In this document: one piece after another, positions 24,440 to 38,205 of the stretch
How the letters are laid out: every line of letters begins with the position of its first letter
Numbering within the stretch: the stretch's first letter is position 1
Origin: Octopus bimaculoides
Lineage: Eukaryota
Assembly (NCBI RefSeq): GCF_001194135.2
Contig: NC_068981.1
Location: 71,256,826 to 71,320,825, forward strand
Reading direction: 5' to 3'
DNA: 64,000 bases
Position numbers and translations under genes: made by a program
Notes under the pieces: generated by a model
Database searches by the model: none
Told to the model about the DNA's origin: nothing
What the model saw: only the letters and a program-made list of their open reading frames with translations

Positions 24440-25480
24440 ACAGAGTAATGCTGTTATAGTTGTGGGTGTGTTCTATGATCATTAGTTTCTAGGGTTAAGG
24501 GAAGAGGCGATCAGCTACATTATTTCCACTGCCACAACCAATTTCTGTAACTTGCTGATGTTGCTACCATTTCTACTGTCCTTTTCTTTCCTGTATTCAA
24601 GTTCGGAACAGAAGACATTCAAATGGTCCTTTACTTCCATGCGTGTAGTAGCTGAGCTTTCTGCCTTGCACCACCAGTCTCGTTGCTTTTCTTTCTGCTT
24701 CAGGCGCAATGTGAGAGATTTCGTTTGTGAAAGGATATAGATATAGAGAAGAATTGTCAAACGTATACAATGTGACAGTGGATACAAACGAGCAGCGAAA
24801 GTGGAGGAAGTACTGCAAATAGAGCCGTCATTGATGAGAAGTGGAGAAAAATAAGATTCTATAGAAGTGATGAAGATTCTTTAAGCAAGCGATCAGACAG
24901 ATCCGCTGTAGTTTGGGAGGTTTCGAAAAAGCTTGAGGTATTTGCGATGCACGAAGTCATCGTTCGTGTTTCGGATAGGGGTTTTGCATGATTTGTATTG
25001 CTTGATACTCGCCACTTGAGTTTTTGCACTGAATGAGTTTATCCAGACCTTATCTTTTACCTGAACAATTTCAGCGCAGCTAAAGGAGAGTAATTTGGGG
25101 AATTGAAGTTATTGATATCTTGTTATTTGAGGAATGTATAGTGGGAGAGGGACATACCTAAAAGGATAATTTCGGTAGCTTGTCTAGATGTTTCGATGTC
25201 AGGAGTGAAGCAGATATACTGAAAAAGATAGTTAGAATGTAATTGGTGGATCGCCGCCCAATCGAGTGATTTTAAGGGCCATAGAGCTCGAGGTTTGGGA
25301 GCGCTGTATAGTATTTGGATATGTATTGAATAATTGCAATGAGGCAGTGGTCGGATAAACTGACTGATGAAGGACAGTTACAGTTTGGTAAAAATAAGAT
25401 TTCGGATTGAGAAAGGGATCAATGGTATGATTGAAGTGAAGTGAAGTGATGACGTTTGTCACAAACTCAGCCTTGATCGG
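24440..25480 (-). mobile_element. Decayed I/Nimb/Ingi-type LINE (RT C-terminus plus RNase H)
   Basis: YQTVTVLHQSVYP...TIQRSQ...LKITR (thumb-like), then LSYYTHGSK (YTDGSK-like) and VFCSELEY (VFxAEL-like). Confidence 0.5.
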
Positions 25481-25496
25481 TTAGAGACGTGATTAA

Positions 25497-25850
25497 AGGC
25501 GCAGACATGAGTGTGTGGTAAGAAGATTGCTTCCCAACCACACAGTTTCGGTTTCAGTCACACTGCGTGGTGCTTTGGGCAAGTATCTTCTACTGTAACC
25601 TTAGACCAACCAAAGCCTTGTGAGTGGATTTGGTTGACGGAAATTGAAAGCCCGTTGTATATAATCTATGTGTATGCTTGTGTTTACCCCCACACCGTTG
25701 CTTGACAACAGGAGTTAGTTCGTTTACGTCCCAGTTTCTTAGTGGCTCGACTTGAAAAAATAAGTACTGGGGTTGATTCGTTTTGTCAAAAATTCTTCAA
25801 AGCGGTGCCCCAGCATGGCTTCATTCTAATAACCGGAACAAGTAAAAGAT
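25497..25850 (+). mobile_element. SINE family A, diverged
   Basis: aggcgcagacatgagtgtgtggtaag head; tttgggcaagtatcttctact body; gtaaaaga tail. Confidence 0.75.
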
Positions 25851-26371
25851 AAGCGATCCGTGATCATATTTTTAATCAGACATAGTATGTTTAAAAATGC
25901 ATTATCTAATGCAGTTTCGCTAAGACATAGTATTTTTGTAGCAGGTCGAGTGATCACGTGGGCAGGGTCATCGTTTGTTTGCCAATGACGTCAATGGTAT
26001 TGGTACTGGTTCTAGATAATGTTGGCCAGGGATTATGTAACTGTTGTTACTGGAGCTGATGTTAAATATATGGAGTTGATGTTAAAAATCTGGCTTTACT
26101 AGATGACGATTATGTGACTTGGAGCTAATATAATTCATTTAGCAGAGACCATGAAGTGATTCTAAGATTCTATAATGTTATATATATATATATAACTGTT
26201 CTTCTTAAGTTTAGCACACACACTGAAGCTGTATGGATATCTAATTCATTTTAGTCTCATAGACTATTTATCTGTCTATATCTCGCAGCATAGAGACGCA
26301 CAAAACCTCATATTTAATCTCTCTGCTAAAAACAAGCTTAAATGAAAAGTATTCAATAAACTCAGTATATA

Positions 26372-26560
26372 AGTCGGCGAGCTGGCAGGAACGTTAGTAC
26401 GCCGGGCGAAATGCTTACCGATATTTCGCCTGTCTTTACGTTCTGAGTTCGAATTCCGCTGAGGTCGACTTTGTCTTTCATCCTTTCGGGGTCGATAAAT
26501 TAAGTACCAGTTGCGTCCCACTCCTCCCAAATATTCGGGCCTTGTGCTTAGTGTAGAAAA
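26372..26560 (+). mobile_element. SINE family B
   Basis: Complete copy with A-box tggcaggaacg and B-box gagttcgaattcc. Confidence 0.85.
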
Positions 26561-27169
26561 AAATAAACTTAGTATATAAGTGAAACAACAAGAAGAAAAA
26601 TCTCTTTAAAACATTCTATCTATGAAAATAAAGCGAATAAGTGAATATCAAAAGTGAAGTTCATAAAAAGCACTCGACTGTTTTATATATATATATATAT
26701 ATATATAATTGAGATTCAGTTGAATTAGGTACTTAAGTAGAAGCACCAAGTCAGTGCAGTATTATCCGTACAACTCAAACTTAAACTAATTCTATGTGAT
26801 CTTCCCTTTCTAATATTGAAAATTGGTATATATACACATTTTATCTATTCTGACAATAATATCATTTTTAATAATCTTAAATTTTATCTTTATACAACAT
26901 AACAATATCGTTTATATACAATCACCCGTAGTACCCCATGATAATTTCCTCTGTATTAACATCATAGGTTTTATTAGCGTCTTGCCCCTTTAACTGGTAA
27001 TTAACATCTTGATTTGGGGTCTTCCCCTACCCGGCCTCCTTTATAGACAGTTTCTTTATACTAATCCTAAAATCTTGACAATATTTATGACCATGCCCAG
27101 CTATAAACTGTCAATTCACTCCTGCCCTCCATTCTAAACAGACACATATATACACACACACATACATAT

Positions 27170-27730
27170 ATATCTTGACTTCAATACAGCGTAAACTACT
27201 ATACTGGATTGAGTATTTCCTGAAGAACAGAACACAACATGTTATGATCGGTGGAATCCACTTAAGCCCAGCAAAAGTCACCAGTGGTGTCCCTCTGGGG
27301 ACTGTCTTGGACCCGCTTCTATTTACAGTGTATATAAACGACCTTTCTAGCGTCATAAAACACAGTAAAGTGAAAATATTCGCTTATGACTGCAATCTCC
27401 AAAAAATTATCAATGGAGAAGACCGAACTGAACTCCCTTCAGGGGAACTACTCACAGCATCAAATAATATCAGAGACTTATGAGTAATTGTTGACAACAA
27501 TCTCAGCTGGAGTGCCCGCATCAACAATAAGGTCGATATAGCTCATAAGATAAGCTCCTGGATCCCAAGAACCTTCCGGTCCAGAGAATTAGGTGTCATC
27601 ATTCCTCTTTTCTCATCATGTGTACGGCCACACCTCGAATACTACTGCTCCCTGTAGTCTCCCCATAGAAAACAGAACATATCAGAAATTGAATCACTCC
27701 AGTGGGAATTCGCTAAAGAATTTCAATACT
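27170..27730 (+). mobile_element. CR1-group LINE reverse transcriptase fragment, internally deleted
   Basis: WIEYFLKNRTQHV...SGVPLGTVLDPLLFTVYINDL...KIFAYD (SGVPQG and FADD motifs). Confidence 0.85.
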
Positions 27731-27914
27731 CGGCGATTGAAACGGTTGCAAGAGGCAACGAGAATTTTAGAAAAAAAATAAATAAATGAGAGGAAACTGA
27801 ACCACTGAGTGTGTTAAATAATAAGGGGCTAAAAATGAATGACTCTCCCCAGACACAACAAAATATACTTCAACACACGAACTCACATAAAGAATCTTGC
27901 AAGCCAAATCCCAA

Positions 27915-28415
27915 AACGAAATATGGTTCCGGGTTCAGTCCCACTACATGGCACCTTCGGTAAATGTCTTCTACTATAGCCTTGGGCCGACCAAAGCCTT
28001 GCGAGTAGATTTGGTAGATGGAAACTGGAAGAAGGGACAAGAACGCAAAATATCCAAACAGTTAGGTGATACAAAAAAGGGACAACAAAACATCCAGACA
28101 GACGATACAAAGAAACCAAGGACGGGTCATCCGGAGTTTTCTTTCCTCAGTCGAGTTCCAGATTATCTTTGCAATTTCGGCTGGTTATACTCGATATTGC
28201 TCCAATATGAATGTAAGTATATATTTGTGTGTGTGTGTCTGTGTTTTTCCCTCCGCTATCGCTTGACAACCGATGCGGCGTATTTATGTCCTCGTAACAC
28301 TAGTGGTTCGAAAAGTGAATAAGTACTAAGCTTACAAAGAATAAGTCCTAGGGTCGATTTCTTCGACTAACACCCTTTAAGCTGGTGCCCCAGTATGGCC
28401 GCAGGAAAATGAATG
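27915..28415 (+). mobile_element. SINE family A interrupted by a family C insertion
   Basis: Left arm 27915-28034, family C 28035-28206, right arm from about 28210. Confidence 0.8.
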
Positions 28416-28979
28416 AAACAAATAAAAAACTTTATATATTTATATATATATAAATGGAACAAAAACAGAATAGAGGGCATTAAAACGTTCGGACAGATAG
28501 ACGATACAGAGGCGCACAAGAGGTCTGTATGTATGTATGTATGTATTTATGTATGTATGTATGTATGTATACTGTGTATATATAATACACCCAGACACGA
28601 CAGCAGTAGTAATGGACGGTTAAGTTGTGCGAAAAAGTTTAAATAACTAACTAAATCAATAAAACATGCTGCAATAAATATTCAATTGACGACAAGAAAA
28701 TTGATTTAAGATGATTATGGATGATTATATAGAAAATGTATTTGATAATATATATATAAGAATGGTCAAGTTTGTTATTTCGATGAAGTGTTGCAAAGCT
28801 AACAGTCAAATAGCTAATACACATACCAGGGTTAGTTTGGAAAATGTTCGAATGTAATAAGGAAAATTTGCGGAGACGAATCAAAACTGAAGTTATTGTG
28901 GCGACGATGACATATCTAACTGCCTGCGGAACAGACAATTTCTGACATGTTTTATCGAATTCAAGCAACGACGCCATTT

Positions 28980-29281
28980 ACAGCAATAACAGCAGCGTCG
29001 GCGGCGGCAGCAGTAGCAGCATCACTACTACTACTACTACTACTACTATGGGGGTGGTGGTGGTAGTGGTGTGGTGGTGGTGGTCTTAGTAACAACAATT
29101 GCAACGACTGCCATAGCAATAGAAACAAGAGCAAAATAAGTTTTCAGGCTGTAAATTCTCACTGAAATTTTCAATAATAATAATAATTAGTATTATTATA
29201 ACAACAACAACAGCAGCAGCAGTAGCAACAACAAAAACAACAACAACAACAACAACAATAATAATGATGATGATGATGATG

Positions 29282-29339
<58 letters not shown>

Positions 29340-29355
29340 TAATAATAATAATGAC
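28980..29355. repeat. Compound trinucleotide arrays (CAG/TAC/GGT, then AAT/AAC/CAG/GAT)
   Basis: Direct reading. Confidence 0.9.
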
Positions 29356-29559
29356 AGACCAAATGGATAAAGAAATGAACAAATATCTAAATTATTAAAA
29401 TAAAATATTAAGCTAATGGAGGAGTGAAAGGAAACGATAATTACTATTCCATTACCAGCGTTATTGAGAATCTTATAAAATCTCTTCACAAACAATTTGA
29501 TACGTACAACATAAAAGCCTTTCTGTGACCGCTCAAGCAGCGGCTAGAAATAGCAACCA

Positions 29560-30050
29560 AATATTCTTCAAAAGGGACAACAAAACATCCAGACAGACGA
29601 TACAAAGAAAACAAGGACGGGTCATTCGGAGTTTTCTTTCCTCAGTCGAGTTCCAGAATATCTTTGCGATTTCGGCTGGTTATACTTGATACTGCTCCAA
29701 TCTGACCAGCCCCAAGGAAAAAATAATCTACGAGCACTAGATTCCTTAGAAGAAAGCAGCGAATGTACACGAAAACAAGGACGGAAAAAAAACGGAGAAA
29801 TGGTACGCAAATACAAATAACAGGACATTAACAACGGGTGTTTTCGACGAAGGACGAATTAAATTAAGCTGGTGTGCGTGGAAGTAAAGCCTTACGGCAA
29901 GATTTTCAGGCACAGGGAGGAATATAGATGCTGCAAGGATGGTAGTCGAACCAAGAAAGAGAGGTCAGGCTTGGCCGAACATCGGTCACGTGGGGAGAGA
30001 AGAGTGAGAGGTAGAGCAGAGGGATAGAAGAATTAAGGAGGGGCGAGAAA
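29560..30050 (+). mobile_element. Interspersed repeat family C, longest copy
   Basis: aagggacaacaaaacatccagacagacgatacaaag... matches 3196-3290, 28075-28206 and the reverse complement of 3292-3560. Confidence 0.7.
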
Positions 30051-30889
30051 AAACTCCAGATAAACCACCCACTCCCAGATATGTCTCTGAAAACAATAAC
30101 CCTCTGCTAGGATGGGCTACGGTTCCCCAGAGCTGACTGTGAATCTCTTCTAGGTGGTGCTATTAAATTAGACATGGCCTGAGTCAACTTCGGCCGAAAC
30201 TTATCTAAGTAATCCAATCAATGCTGTAACCTTTTAATCAAAGCATGACAACGTGGGTAGAGGTTGATATCTTAACATTTCTGATGGTCTTAGATATAAA
30301 AAAAATCATTATTTATATAGAACTACATTCAGAGTATGTCTATAAGCTATTGTGTTTAGACCTGGTTTTAATAAAGCAATTCGAAATTAGAAAAATAAAA
30401 AATCTGCAACAATCTCGGTCCCATGAGTATCGGATAATGGATTTTCAACTGTGTAAAGAAACTGATGTGGTGATCGTAGTTTTGACGGTGATTGTGGTGA
30501 AAGCAGAGATAGTGTTGATGATGACGATGGTCTAGATAAGTATGGGAGGAGGATAAAATAGTATCTCTTTTATGTTTTTGCCGGCGTTGGTTTGGGAAAT
30601 TGGGTGATTTTCAGCATACGTGTATATGAATGGAAATGAGCTGCTTGGCGGAGGTCTGCGCTCTCCGAGTGCTTTTCTAGTTACAAGTGTGAAAGAAAGA
30701 AAGCAACCTTTGACGTAAAAGGATGTAAACTCGACGCACCACTTTACACTAGGATGAATGTGCATTCACACGAATACACACACACACATTCACGCACACA
30801 CACACATACATACATACGTACATACATACATACATACATACATACATACATACATACATACATACATACATACATACATACATACATAC

Positions 30890-32420
30890 ATGATGGCCGT
30901 CCACTCAATCCAGCGGCCCGTGATCTTTGTTGATTTAGTAAACAGAGTAGAAGACTCCTTAGAAAGCAATGGAGATGATGCAGAGCTCTTAGGCCCATAA
31001 ACTTGCTTCATAAGATGTTAAATCTTCTTACTGTCATTTGCATCAGCAGCAGCCTGAACATCACGAGCAAGAACCTCCCACCATGTATTCTGCATCTTTC
31101 TAAGTGATCGTTGTAGTAGTGATTTTACACTGCTTTAGGGGGAAAGTGCTAGATTTCGCTGCACAACTGAAAGTCCTCTGTGCAGTAACACACTGTGGGC
31201 ATGGCGCTTTACGACCAGCAGTCGCTGAACTTCAGCATCATTTTCATCAAACCAGTCTCTTTGTCTGGCAGCAGCACATCCCAAAGTTTCAGCAGTACAT
31301 TGAAAAACCTAATCTCGAAAATCTCGAAAATCTTCTCACGCTGTAATATTTTCAATGTCGGATAAACGATTCTGAAGTTCTTTCCTCACCACAGCATTAT
31401 ATATCTTATGGACATTCAGACGCTGAGGAATAACAACTGGCCCTCTTCTTTCTTTCGTTCTAATCCTCATCCGGAACTTTGCTCGCACCGGGCTGTGGTC
31501 TGGTCAGCACTCCGAACCATGAAAAGACTTGACATTACAAATGTCATAGATGTCACGCTTGCGAATGATGACATAATCCAGCAAGTGCCAAACTTTAGAC
31601 TTTGGGTGCATCCGTGTTCTTGTTTGATCACCTCTGTGCATAAAATGAGTGCTTGCGATGTTATGTCCGTATTCCTCGCAAAGCTCCAGAAGCATGAGAC
31701 CATTGCTATTCATCTTCCCTGTACCAAAGTGTCTGAAAGAGTTCCACGTCTGCCAATTTGTTCCAATCCTGATGTTGAAATCCCTAGCAGAATGACTTTA
31801 TCACAAGTACAAGCGCAGAATCATAAGATGATTATTTATAGGAACGAGAAGCTCCTCCAACTTCTTAAGGATTTCAGATCGAACAACAAAACCAACACCA
31901 GTCTCTCTCTGCTCCTCTTTCGGTTTCCCCTTCCAGAACAAAGTTGTATCCACCTCAACTTCTTCAAGCTGACCATCACCTTCTACACGAATCTCTGAAA
32001 GTGCAGCTATATCAGTGTTATAACGGTTCAGCTCACGAGCAACAAGTGCAGTGTGTTTTTCAGATCTACAGTCACACTTGTTATCCAACAGAGTGCACAC
32101 AATCCAACCGGATTTTATAAGTATTCTCTTTTCTTTCCGAGCGCAAGATGAACTTCCGTCAGTTGCACCAAACTGACTAGATAGAGAATGAAATCCTTGG
32201 CTCACCTTTTCTAGAACCTCCCCAACCTCCGATTGAGCAGTGCCCTCCCCAAATGGAGTTGCTCAGACATCCACACAGCAACCGAATCCCGTCGCTGTCC
32301 TGGGCGACAAGGAGACGACTTTATATCTAACATGGGCTGCCACGTGCAGGTCGCTAACTACATGCTTCCAACCCGTCAGGTCTGCATGCTTCGCCAACTT
32401 CCCATCGCCGCAGGGCTTCT
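30890..32420 (-). mobile_element. RTE (BovB-like) LINE 5' half: leader, APE endonuclease and linker
   Basis: VARELNRYNTDIAALSEIR...GVGFVVRS; NSNGLMLLELC...MHPKSKVWHLLDYVI; QRDWFDENDAEVQRLL. Confidence 0.85.
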
Positions 32421-32440
32421 AAATAAAAATATATATACAT

Positions 32441-32915
32441 AGGAGTGGCTGTGTAGTAAGTAGCTTGCTTACCAACCACATGGTTCCCGGTTCAGTCCCA
32501 CTCCATGGCACCTTGGGCAAGTGTCTGCTGCTTTAGCCTCGGGCCAATCAAAGCCTTGTGAGTCGATCTGGTAGACGGAAACTGAAAGAAGCCCGTCGTA
32601 TATATATATATATGTGTGTGTGTGTATGTGAGTGTGTGTGTGTATGTATGTATGTATGTATGTATGTATGTATGTATGTATGTATGTATGTGTGTATATA
32701 TGTATATGTATGTGTGTGTGTATATTTGTGTGTCTGTGTTTGTCACCCAAACAACCGATGCTGGTGCATTTACGTCCCTGTAACGTAGCGGTTAGGCAAA
32801 AGAGACCGATAGAAAAAGTACTAGATTTACAAAGAATAAGTCCTGGGGCCGATTTGCTCGACTAAAGGCGATGCTCCAGCATGGCTGCAGTCAACAAGTA
32901 AAAGAATAAAAGAAT
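32441..32915 (+). mobile_element. SINE family A
   Basis: A-box tggctgtgtag, B-box ggttcagtccc, internal (TATG)n, tail aaagaataaaagaataaa. Confidence 0.9.
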
Positions 32916-33064
32916 AAAGGTATATATATAGAAACAAAGAAGAGAAGCAATCCACATGCAAAGGAAAAGTCAGCAATGCCAGTGCAAAGTTTAAGGTCCA
33001 ATAAGGCTTCACGACACCTCATAAACCCTTTCCGCTTTATTGACATTATCAAGAGACAAGACGA

Positions 33065-33530
33065 CGCAAGATGTCTGGTACCAATATGAGTTGGTAACTA
33101 CAGTGATATTGCTCTACTATCAGCTGCTGCCAAGGTTCTGACAAGTATTCTTCTTACCTGCCTTAATAGATGTCTTGTTAATGATGTCCCGATGGTTTCC
33201 GATCTGGAAGAGGAACGATGGATAAGATTTTCACAGCGAGACAGATGCAGAAGTACTATGGGAAGAATATGGATCTTGTCCAGGTATTCATTGATTTTAC
33301 CAATGCTTTTCATACTGTGAATAGGGTCTCCCTATGGAAAATACTTGGCAAACTTGGATGTCCGGATCACTTCGTATACATAACCAAATCATTTCATGAT
33401 GGGATGAAGGCTTGGGTCAATGTTGGTTGTGGCATGATGGGATCCATCCATTCCTGTAGAGAATGGTGTCAAGCAGGATGACGTCCTTGCCCAACTCTCT
33501 TTTCTCTGTATTTTGCTGCTACTCTTACTT
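33065..33530 (+). mobile_element. RTE (BovB-like) reverse transcriptase N-terminal fragment
   Basis: IALLSAAAKVLTSILL; DKIFTARQMQK...FIDFTNAFHTVNRVSLWKILGKLGCP. Confidence 0.85.
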
Positions 33531-34904
33531 ATGTTTTTGTTGTGGACATATATATATGTGTGTATGTATGTATGTATGTATCTATGTATGTATGTATGTA
33601 TGTATGTATGTATATGACGAGCTTCAGTGTAATTTCCGCTTACTAAAGTCCATTGAAGACATTAGCCACCCCTAGGTTACAAGACTACTGCAGAAGGCCC
33701 TTGCTTGGGGACTTCACAGTAGGATCGAGCATGAATCAATGTGGTGGGAAAGAGAGTATATTAACTGCGTAGCTATGCCTGCGACTTATTCCCGAAAATA
33801 GCTATATGTATGTACTTGTATGTGTGAGTATACACACACTTTGTTACACACATCGTCTTTGTTGTTATGCTATGGAATATATTTACATATCGGTAGTATC
33901 CACTATTTTCTTGTACCAACCAATCAGAATATATTCTTAATGCCGCTTCTAGCAGTTTATATATGTCAGTACATGAACTGCATTCAGATTATTGGTTGTT
34001 TTTGATGTGCAGGCACAATGTTTGGCTGTCTAATGTTTATTTATAGCTTGTATTGGCACTAACGCTTTGCGGTCAAATTTAACATACTGTGTGACGTGTT
34101 TATGTAATCATTTGTGTGGTGTAATGTAATAGTATTTTTATTAGCTTTTATTAACAGTGACATGGAACAAGGGCATTGAACGCAGTCTTGTGTACACGAT
34201 GGTTGATATCAGTGTCTAGTTATTGTGAATGGGTGAATGAAAACGTCCCTTCTTGTTTTTGTTTTTTTAAGTACATGTTGACTTTCTGATATAGACTCCA
34301 GTAAAAAGAGCCTTCTTATTGGGTATTATAGCTACACAAAGAGATATGTTTACCCTATCATAAATACCATCGCACGATTATGGTAGCATTAAACGAAAAA
34401 TTGAATGAATGGCATAAATGAAATGGTGACAGAGACATGTATTAAACAACAGAAATAAGTGAGCTTTTAACAAGGACTTAATTGCAATTCCATTTAAGTG
34501 ATACATAGACCAATAGGATAGAATTCTTCGTGATTCTTAAAATCAGCAGCAAGAGCTATAATTTTCACCGAGATGCGACAACAGACTATTGGGACTCGTA
34601 TTTTGAATTTTTGTTGTTTGATCGGTATTCAAGCTACGATAACCATGTATTTTTCTGGCATATTCTACGATAACTATGTGTTTTTTCTTGTATTTTCATT
34701 CCATTTTAAAGATAAAATATCTAAATTTGAAGGAAATCTAGCTGCTAAGTTTTAGAAGGAGCGCAACTGCATAAAGAATCTGTGCTCTAACTACTGAGTT
34801 CACCTTGCCAGCTTCTGCGGTGACCGCCATCACAATCAACAGACATATAGAAATAAACCGGTTACTAGAGAAAATACACATCTAGGTTAACTATATCACG
34901 TACT

Positions 34905-35235
34905 GGTCATCCCTGAATGATGGACGGCCATATGTGTAGCAACAGCATCCAGTTCCTTGCCATACCTCCAGAAAGAGTCAGAAGCGGTTGTCGGAGAATT
35001 TCTACTTCATCAGCCCCAATTACTGGACTCCTAATTCCTCCGATCGTGATCTCATGAGTGGGGCGCAGTTGAAAAAGACACCAAACGCTCTGCCTGCAAC
35101 ACCAAGGACGAGCTGATGGTCAAGGTTAAGAGGATGTTTGAAGATCTTCCCAAGGACGCAGTGAAGAACACATGCGCCAGGTTCCAGAACCTTCTTGAGG
35201 TCGTGGTGGAAGCTGCGGGCGACTACTATGAGTAA
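34905..35235 (+). mobile_element. Tc1/mariner-superfamily transposase C-terminal fragment
   Basis: GRPYV*QQHPVPCHTSRKSQKRLSENF...WTPNS (QQDxAPxH / WPPNSPD-like), ending TCARFQNLLEVVVEAAGDYYE*. Confidence 0.75.
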
Positions 35236-37779
35236 ACTGCTATCTCCCAGCCATAATCCAGTTATCTTTTTATTTTTTTAAGTATTTTTATTTGTTGATA
35301 GGATATTATGTTTTCCTTTCCTTCTACGCAAACTTTTAAATTTAGTCCAATTTAGCCGTTATTGTATACTTCTGGTAGTCACTTGTGAATGGGATTTCAA
35401 CTACACACGTAGACACCTTCATCGAAGATATTCTCTGACTAATTTTGAACTAAAAAAAGAAGTTGGTTTCAAATTCCACAGAAAATGATAAAATGAAACG
35501 AAATGGATGTTTTAACTAGAAATATACAGATTCTTTTCAGAGATAGTTCAAATTTCAAAATTAGTCTCTAAAAATATTCCAAAAGTAACGTGGGAAGTTA
35601 TTAATATACATAATGCTTACAAAAATATTTCTCTAGAAAGCAAGGAAATATTTTGTATGTAAACGCACTTGAGACCATTCAATAAATACTTTTAATAACT
35701 AATTTTGTAATTTGAGATTCAGTTTGAGAAACTTTTACAAGCCCGTCCTTTAATTCATTTATGGATTTTGATTCATTTTATCAGTTGGCATATAATTTTA
35801 TTTAATTTTAGCTCGCATCCAGTGAGAAAATTGTCTTTCATGAAGGTTTCTATACGTTTAGTGCACCTGGAAATCCCAAATAGACAGCAGAAACATGCAT
35901 GTATATCAGTCTTAGGAACTTTGTCTCTCTTTCTCTACATATAGTAAGACAATGGGGATTTGAGAAATTCAGGCGATTAACTTTGTCAGAATTCATGGTT
36001 AATCAAGACTAACAGAATGTAAAAGAAGAAAAATTGGAATTAGTATTCAGTTATGAGATTGGAGATTGGAGAATTAGTATTGTTATGAGATTGGGGCATC
36101 AACTGCAGAGCATAAATATTGAGAAACAAAGGAATGCGGACAACAGGTATTACGTTTATCAACCGGTTATGATCGTTTCGATAACTAGAGGAAATGTTAC
36201 ATCAAAAACCTGTTATGAAATACAAAATGACAAAGCTTTATGTAAAACCAGATAATATTAAATAAAATTTTCCACTAAACATTTCATCGGGCTTGGCATA
36301 AATACTAATATAGCCGTTCCGGTTAAATAAATATATATAACGAGAGAGGATGGAATTCATACGATCATAGTGATAAATTATATAGCAAGCTGTCACGCTA
36401 TCAGAGAAAACATTCAAACGGAGGATTATGAGGACAAATTGTCATCTAAGTTCCAATTCCCATATCTATGGTTAGTCGCCAGGGTGGCTAACTAACAGAT
36501 TTAGGGAACTAAATATCTGTTGTATATATATATACTCGTGGAGAGATATGTATACTTACAGATGAGGTGGAGACTTTGAAAGAGATGACAGTCTACAGTT
36601 ATTTTCTTGGAAGTGTCATTCATAGGAGAATGTATGGAGAGAAAATTGAGATATAGTTAAGATTTGAAAGGTAAGGAATAAAGCTATAAGATCGCTACTA
36701 TAATTATGGGTCGATATTATTGGATCATTTGAAGTTTAAAGTAAGTTATTAGTTAAGAAGTAAGAGGCTAGTTATACAGGGGCAAAATATTGAACGGGAA
36801 GAATTAGGATGTGAGGGTCGTTTCAAATATAATTATCTGTGATAAAGTTGAAGTAGCACAAATAATGAGAACACTATCTATAATACCATTAAAATTAAGT
36901 ACATTACCTAAATGGAATTCTCAAGAAAGTTTTATGGATTTGGTGGGAACAACATTCGTTAGGCTGATTAATTACATCTGACCTGCCCTTGAGAATTTCA
37001 AGCATTTCCATAGGAAATAGTTATCAGCTACCCCACCCTCTTTGTATAGAAATGTAGTACGTATAGTTGAGCACGAGATGCTCCAAGGTTTCCTTTTATT
37101 ATTAAAGGTATGGATGTGGTTCTGTATTTTAAATTGGAATTTCCATATAATGGCACCAACGTAATAATGAACCTTATCATATATTTTAACAGAACATTAT
37201 AAACGAGAGTTAATCCTATTCTTATCAGTGCGAATAATCATTTGCCTATTTAGCGTTTGAATTTTTGTATGGGAACCTGGCATATATTTCACCATGCGAT
37301 TAATAGTATTTTTACTCATGTGCATGCAGTTATAATAGTTAACATTTCCAAGATGAGCTACATTGCTATGTCTATACCTTTGTGAATACAGCCCACTGTC
37401 CTAAGGTATACTTACAATGCTGTCATTATAATGGTTTGTTTTGGGAGAGAAAATCTCTTCTTTCGAGGAAAATCTGGAAACGCGCGAGCGCACACACACA
37501 CATACAATCGCAACACACACACACATGCACGCATGCACATACATACATACATACATACATACATACATACATACATACATACATACATACACACATACAA
37601 CGTACGGTGAACTCAGTTTCTTGCTGAGATCCATGGCTAATGTAAGGGAAGATTACAATAAGTTAGCTACCAAGATCTGTGTATTTCGAAATCCCGTTCA
37701 ATCTTGAGTGCTATCTCGTGTATTTTCATCTAAGATGGAGACGAGTACCAACGCTTCCTTGTGGTATCTTGAGCAATTG

Positions 37780-37941
37780 TGAGGAGTGGCTGTGTGGTAG
37801 GTAACTTGCTTACCAACCACATGGTTCCGGGTTCAGTCCCACTGCGTGGCACGATGGGCAAGTGTCTTCTACTATAGCATCGAGCCGACCAAAGCCTTGT
37901 GAGTGGATTTGGTAGACGGAAACTGAAAGAAGCCCGTCGTA

Positions 37942-37988
<47 letters not shown>

Positions 37989-38205
37989 ATATGTTTGTGT
38001 GTCTGTGTTTGTCCCCCCCAACATCGCTTGACAACCGATGCTGGTGTGTTTACGTCCCCGTAACTTAGCGGTTCGGCAAAAGAAACCGATAGAATAAGTA
38101 CTAGGCTTACAAAGAATAAGTCCTGGGTCGATTTGCTCGACTAAAGGCGGTGCTCCAGCATGGCCGCACTCAAATGACTAAAACAATTAAAAGAGTAAAA
38201 GAGTA
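37780..38205 (+). mobile_element. SINE family A, full length
   Basis: Complete head, body and aaagagtaaaagagt tail. Confidence 0.9.

Noticed and set aside
25940-26150. Possible Gypsy gag knuckle/protease remnants (VVTGADVK)
   Set aside because: Single short motif without the catalytic Asp; not distinguishable from chance
34718-34800. Candidate upstream ectodomain exon of the GPCR (ttttaaag|...ERNCIKNL)
   Set aside because: In-frame stops (TAG, TGA) and no usable donor site
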